Shown piece after piece: positions 59,498-64,000 of a DNA stretch of 64,000 nt. Origin of the DNA: Tubiluchus corallicola (taxonomy: Eukaryota; Animalia; Priapulida); assembly GCA_030141605.1 (NCBI GenBank), contig JAQGDQ010002375.1:310001-374000 (forward strand), in the 5' to 3' direction. The notes under the pieces are model-generated. The model saw only the letters and a program-made list of their open reading frames with translations, made no database searches and was not told the origin of the DNA. Position 1 is the stretch's first letter, and each line of letters begins with the position of its first letter. The position numbers and the translations under genes were made by a program.

Positions 59498-60358
59498 ACT
59501 ACGACCACTACATGGTGGCAGCAGCAATGGTGAAAATGGTGACAATAGCAAGAAAAACGCCTATAGCTGTAGTAGTAGACCAGTGGCAATAGTACCATCA
59601 AAGCATTACACCACATAAATAAACAGTATAGTGGGTTGACTTTAAGTGACCCCTGTCGTGTACAGGAGTAGATAACAATCATCTACATAAACGCGCAGTT
59701 ATTATTGACTAAAAATCGATAAATATGTTCAATACTTGCCCATGGCAGCACTACGTTTACTACAAACTAAGATCAAAGACATCCTGTTGAAGACAGCTAA
59801 TTACGTGCAATAATAGCAGCTTGTGCACTTTTATAATTCATTGTAAAGTGTTAAAATCTAGCCTGAACTGTCTATTATACAAGCATCCTTAATAACAACA
59901 TAACAAACTTATGCAGGCAATCTTAAAGGTTCCAAATCATGCTAACAATTTGGAAGCCAGCCTGTAAAGAGCAATTACTTTTCGTGTGAAAATAATAACC
60001 AGTAATAAACCAAGTACTTTCTGTTTGAAGTTGCACTATAGAGCGCGAAGATATTTAAAAAAATATTCAACACAAAAGCACTTTTTCAATCACGAAACTA
60101 TTTGTTGGGACGGCCTGTCACTAAGAACATCGAATAAGTCCATTTCTAGCGATTTTGTAGACTTTTACGTCACACTACTATAAAACACCGTCAGAGGAAA
60201 ATGATTCAAAAAACCGTTTTAATCGCTTTACCTTTGCATAAAGAAGGAAAAACCCATGTTAAGTCTTTGCTATAACAATGTGGTAAGAACTACACGCGAC
60301 GTATGTACGTGTATAATACTACATAAGCTCAGCGGTAATTTTTCAATATCGATAATTA

Positions 60359-60464
60359 CATAGTCGGGAAAATGTTGAATGACTCAGTAACTCTTTTAGA
60401 ATTCTTTTCGCATAGTCGGGAAAATGTTGAATGACTCAGTAACTCTTTTAGAATTCCTTTCGCA
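60359..60464 (+). repeat. Near-perfect 52-bp tandem duplication
   Basis: catagtcgggaaaatgttgaatgactcagtaactcttttagaattc(t/c)tttcg x2. Confidence 0.9.
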
Positions 60465-60474
60465 TTGGACTAGG

Positions 60475-60875
60475 CAGGGGCGTATTAACCAACAGGCTAA
60501 CTTGGCTATAGCCTAGGGCGCCAAAGTTTGAGAGGTGTCACATTTTAGAAAAAAATATATTTTCCTCGGAAAATGCGCGTACTTTCACATTCATATAAAG
60601 GCCACATTTTATAACACACCACAGGCAGTTACTAGAACATCTTCTATATAACTGCCACATAATGAACAGGTGCAGAGATATTTCACAACAAGCAGTTGTA
60701 CAGTCTATTTGAATATAAGCGCTATGCAAATACATGTAATTAATAATGACTACGTAGAAACTAGGTTAATAATATTTCTAATACACCACAAGTAATTACA
60801 CCAACAATAATAAATTCACAATAAAGATGGGCGGGAGAAAAATATGGTGTCATAAAGTCTTGATTCGCCCCCTTG
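60475..60875. mobile_element. hAT (Charlie-like) MITE with perfect 8-bp TSD
   Basis: GGACTAGG at 60467-60474 and 60876-60883; ends CAGGGGCGTATTAA / TTGATTCGCCCCCTTG. Confidence 0.82.
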
Positions 60876-61588
60876 GGACTAGGTCGTCCGTAGTACGGGA
60901 GATTATTTCAGTTTACACAATTAGGACCCTCTCTAAAATCGTGAAAAAGTTTGATCCAAAAATATTAGTCATAGAAAATTACAGCATTATGTCTCCTGTC
61001 CAGGCAGCGCTGAAGACGGGAAATGTACTACTAAACATTTTAATGAAATGCATCTACATTAAATTTTGGCATTGCTGCAAAATTATCATTTCTTTACACA
61101 GTGGTGCGAATTAACATAATAAATGCCTGATATTTCGGTTTATGAAAATAAATTTTCACGGTCAACATTAATTTAAAGTCACAATTCCAAGCTGTGATAT
61201 TGCGCGGTTTGAGCGAAAATGCCAAACTAATTAAATTCTAGATGATAAAAGTGTGCTAAGCCGCAAAACGGAAGCTAAATTTCACTAAATAAGAGATTGT
61301 CAGAAAAAGTTTATAAACTGAAAATTCCTATAAGTACATGCAGTTGGTTCATATTTAATAAACGCAATAAGTTCTATTTGGTACAGTTATGAAGTTATTA
61401 GTTATTCAATTAATAGTTATGAAGAAAACTAATCTATTAAAAAAATCATAAGACTGGCCGAAAGTGAAACTTAAAAGAAACATGTCTTCGTGCATAATAT
61501 ACTGAAACTCAAAGAGATGGCTTTAGCAGTAGTCTCGAAAATAATTTAGAAGGAATAAATCAATTTTATACCCATTTCAACACTTACT

Positions 61589-61923
61589 GATAAAAATTCA
61601 AATTTCAAATTAACTGCTGTGCTCATGCATGAGCTGTCGAACGTGTGTAGTTCGTCACAAACGCACATCTGAACCGAGAGGTACAGCACCTGTTTTTTGT
61701 GCAATGCATTTCCAAAATGCAGGCGCTAGGGCCCGCCTAACTAGCGAATGGCGAAATGCATGTAACAGCGAAGAACTAGTGGCGCGAACGTGAAATTGTG
61801 TTTGCGTGGTAATAATTTTTTCACATAAGTCATTTTTGAAAAAATAGTATGTTTCCTTTCAATATTTTAGAGAGTAGATTGTTTTGACCTAGAGTTTAAG
61901 ATTGTGTCCGGTTTTGCTCTTAA
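61589..61923. mobile_element. Dispersed repeat with a TTAA-flanked terminus, copy 2
   Basis: Reverse complement of 23003-23339. Confidence 0.75.
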
Positions 61924-63684
61924 CTGTTATGACTTGTTAGCTCTTTAATATCTGTTGAAAATTTAGTAACTATCTTTAGTAACTGTTGAAAATTAAAATA
62001 GACATCCTAGAACGCATTTTATTGTAATTAAAGGAAAGGTCCAGCCTTTTGGGAAGTTAGGCTTATTTCAATGTTCGCTACATTGTTAGAAAATATTAGA
62101 AAGATTTATTAATAAAAGCCCGATAAGAGTCTCGTGTAACTAGTAAAATCACTTTAAAATCGCCATTATTTCACGCTTGGGGACTCCCATTTTGGATGCC
62201 TATTTTTCCACCAATGACGTCGTTCAACGGCTCAATTTCTATCAAAAGAGATTTAACATATAAGAAGTTTTATAAAAAAGTATATGGCAAATTTTGCGGT
62301 ATTTGTGTATGACCACCTGGCAAGCTGCAAAAATTATGAATTAGTTTAAGTCTGTTTAACGGAAATCCTCGACGCGCTTATGAAAAGTCACAAAGTCCAC
62401 CAGTTACGTCATAATTTTCAAGTGAATAGCGGCTAACATAACGGCTGAAAATTTCCATACAGCTTTTTGTATAAATAACTTTTGCATGAAATTTCTTTGT
62501 TATATTTTTGTAAGTTTAAGTGATATCAATAAAATAAACCCAACACGCTAGGTGACTTGTCCTTTTCCTTAATATAACTTCCCTATTTGATGGCATTCTG
62601 TAAAAAAATTAGTCGCGCGATTTTGATGGCATTAGAATTAAGAGTGTACTAATGTTCACCTGGCATGCCCTTTATTATATTCACTTGATAGGCAGCCTGC
62701 AGTCCAGTTAAGCCAGGAAACTCAATGAAGTATAGTAACTACTTACTGCTAAGACCAGCTAGTCCTTATACAGTACCAATCTTTTTCGAAAATTTAAATT
62801 TGAAAAGTAATTTGGCTTTACCCACCTAACTCTGGCAGACGTGTGTTTCGTTACGGGCACTATGTGAGACTCACTCATATATAATGATTACATAACATTT
62901 TTTTAGTCGTTGGACATGTTTCACTCCCACCCTTCTATGTTACAGTTGCTAGGTGCCTGGCCGAGTAAAGTTACATTGAATAAATCATTAGCACTCAAGC
63001 GCATCTCACGTCTATATTACCTTTCCCTTTCAACTTTCTTAGAATAGCATGAGAAGCAGATTAGTCGAGTTTTCAAACAGCTCTTTATGCTTGGCGAAAA
63101 CTGTCTGATCAACTTATGGACATAATCAAAAACGCGACGGCGACCATACCCTTGGATGGTCCTTGAACGCAGAAGTGTCACAATTTACAAAACATGCAGG
63201 TGAAAAGCTCCTCTGCCAACGTTATTTTGCTAAGAGGTTGCAAATAACGTAAATAACTCCCAGGGATGCGCAAGATGATCCTGCAGGGTTTTTCTTGTTA
63301 TATTTCTAAACAAAAACTCATCCATAATGGGGAAAAAAGCTTATGAAACCGTGTGAAAAGGGCTGAATCTAAGACTCCATAGCTATACATAATCTAAGCT
63401 ATACATAAGCTACGGTAACTAGAAAGTAATCTAGTACACAGAAAATCGCCGTTTACTATTGCTCTCTACACCACAAGACTATCAGTTACTGGGCTAAGAT
63501 ATTCACCAATCAATTAGCTAGCAATTAGTTCATTCAAAGACACGTGTTAATTGCGATTAACCAGCATTAAAACATCTTACTGCGTAAGTTAATTGCCAGC
63601 TAATTGATTAATTAATTAACTAAATGGTAACACTCGTGCAACGGATAAGTGCACTGTTTGGTTGTCTGCTTGCTTTGACCGTGT

Positions 63685-63760
63685 GGACACATATCTCAGG
63701 TGCTTAGAGCGAGCAGGCGTAATCCACTGGTCTCGGGTTCAATCCCCGATGTACTCAATG
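63685..63760 (+). mobile_element. tRNA-derived SINE head / tRNA pseudogene
   Basis: tatctcaggtgcttagagc (A-box-like) and T-arm tcggg-ttcaatc-cccga; acceptor and anticodon stems do not pair well. Confidence 0.5.
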
Positions 63761-64000
63761 GCTCACAATATTTCAGCATCAGTTCTTTACAGCTTCATTA
63801 TTCTTTAATATAAACCAAGGTTTATATATCTCTTTGAGCGAAGATGTGGCAAATCAGTTTACAACACCAACACTGCCACAACATTTGAAACTTTAGCAAA
63901 ACTGTCTCTGGTAAGCCCCAAGTTGGGTGATAGCACGATTCATCTCAAAGTTCATATAGCAGTTTTTTCGTGAAAAATATGTTTGTGATTAAAATCCTTA

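Noticed and set aside
62170-62190. HAWGL peptide resembling a WDR7 motif
   Set aside because: Wrong strand for WDR7 and no similarity on either side

Overview
AT-rich genomic DNA from an invertebrate animal, probably a protostome (inferred from the SKP1/WDR7 sequences; TTAGGG-like rather than TTAGG repeats are present). The first ~37 kb is gene-dense and CpG-poor. It holds the 3' seven exons of short-chain acyl-CoA dehydrogenase (ACADS, +), a complete 162-aa SKP1 (+) whose first coding intron needs a GC donor, an intronless orphan aminergic-type class A GPCR (+), and the last 11 exons of WDR7/Rabconnectin-3beta (-). Beyond 36.7 kb I found no further WDR7 exon, although well over half of the protein is missing. 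The remaining >=27 kb is visibly richer in CpG and filled with MITEs, SINEs, LINE fragments and simple repeats. It also contains promoter-like and splice-donor signals on the + strand that suggest a nested antisense gene. I could not demonstrate a new biological system from sequence alone. The best leads are the giant WDR7 intron with its possible nested gene, the SKP1 GC/GT tandem donor, the atypical GPCR pocket, a head-to-head tRNA-derived palindrome, and an RTE-derived short element with a 10-bp TSD.
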